From Deltaproteobacteria bacterium (GTDB lineage Bacteria; Myxococcota_A; Polyangia; Polyangiales; Houyiibacteriaceae): DNA of 64,000 bases. A program made the translations under genes and the position numbers. The stretch's first letter is position 1; each line of letters opens with the position of its first letter. Shown one piece after another: positions 63,492-64,000 of this stretch. The DNA is taken from NCBI GenBank assembly GCA_019313915.1, contig JAFDAJ010000002.1:31098-95097 (forward strand), in the 5' to 3' direction. Under the pieces are notes generated by a model. It did not search any database, had not been told where the DNA came from, and saw nothing but the letters and a program-made list of their open reading frames with translations.

Positions 63492-64000
63492 TCAGATGCC
63501 TAGTTTCCGCTCGATGGCACCCAGGGCACCAAGGACTCGTTCGTCTTGGTCCTCGATGAGCCCGCTGATTTTTCGGACGGCGCTGATGACCGTGGTGTGG
63601 TCCTTGCCGCCAAATCGTTCGCCGAGCTCGGGGTAGCTCGTTCCAAGACGCTGCCGGCAAATGTACATGGCGATCATTCGTGGAAAGCTCACGGCCCGGT
63701 GACGTCGCCGCGACTTCAGGTCGGCCAGGCGGATGCCGAAGTAGGCACAGGCGATGCGCTGGATGTCTTCGACGCTCGTCTCGGTGTCCTGGCTCGGGAT
63801 GACCATTCGCATCGTGTCCTTGGCCAGCTCGAGGTTCATCGGGAGCCCTAGCAGCTCGGCCTTCACTGCGATTCGCAGGAGGGTGCCCTCGAGCTCTCGA
63901 ACGTTGCTGCGCACGGATTGTGCCAAGAACAGGGCGACCTCGCTTTGGAGCTCGATGCCTTCGCTCTCAGCTTTTTGCTGCAGGATGGCGATGCGAGTAT
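63492..64000 (-). CDS. dnaA: Chromosomal replication initiator DnaA (C-terminal part; N-terminus lies beyond the window)
   Basis: ORF track lists 63492..63926, but the frame stays open to 64000 (..ILAILQQKAESEGIELQSEVALFLAQSVRSNVRELEGTLLRI). Domain IV: RHRAVSFPRMIAMYICRQRLGTSYPELGERFGGKDHTTVISAVRKI. Confidence 0.93.
   Translation of the reverse strand, partial: TRIAILQQKAESEGIELQSEVALFLAQSVRSNVRELEGTLLRIAVKAELLGLPMNLELAKDTMRMVIPSQDTETSVEDIQRIACAYFGIRLADLKSRRRHRAVSFPRMIAMYICRQRLGTSYPELGERFGGKDHTTVISAVRKISGLIEDQDERVLGALGAIERKLGI

Overview
GC-rich (roughly two-thirds G+C by eye), very gene-dense bacterial chromosome segment. Most neighbouring genes are under 15 nt apart or overlap by 4-8 nt. 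The protein repertoire (DUF4388-like protein, Cys-rich lipoproteins, HEAT/TPR proteins, a GTTCAG-type SOS box, imuA-imuB-dnaE2) suggests a myxobacterium-like (Myxococcota) host; this is inference only. The right end holds the replication-origin module dnaA(partial)-oriC-dnaN-recF on the minus strand. Blocks from left to right: truncated Slt transglycosylase; Cys-rich lipoprotein + DppBC-type permeases + Fpg/Nei; carrier::HEAT fusion + tandem cNMP-domain protein; SOS mutasome imuA-imuB-dnaE2 with a LexA-like operator; MAPEG; sdhCAB plus a coupled unknown gene; ornithine-cyclodeaminase family; secreted Fam20-like kinase homologue; aguA-aguB-thiE; degenerate Fic; a five-gene envelope operon (DUF4388-like, Omp85, periplasmic protein, HAMP histidine kinase, TlpA-like); gdhA; a ~12 kb group-1 [NiFe] uptake-hydrogenase cluster (hupSLCD, cytochrome c, hypFCDE, crotonase-fold gene, hypAB, His-rich transporter); SPFH; redoxin lipoprotein; cdsA-uppS; J-protein; bioF-bioD; tRNA-Ala(CGC); serC; double glutaredoxin; uvrB; DUF2271-like/DUF4266/DUF3570 cluster; rluD-like; dnaJ; cyclophilin. 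I saw no rRNA, CRISPR, transposase/integrase or prophage genes. The items most worth a second look are: the bacterial Fam20-like secretory kinase; the hydrogenase small subunit with Asn replacing a proximal-cluster Cys; a stand-alone crotonase gene inside the hyp cluster (possibly like the HypX C-terminal module); the response-regulator-less envelope operon; the carrier::HEAT + cNMP pair; the DUF2271/DUF4266/DUF3570 cluster; and the oriC architecture. All family calls rest on by-eye motif recognition. No database search or computation was run.
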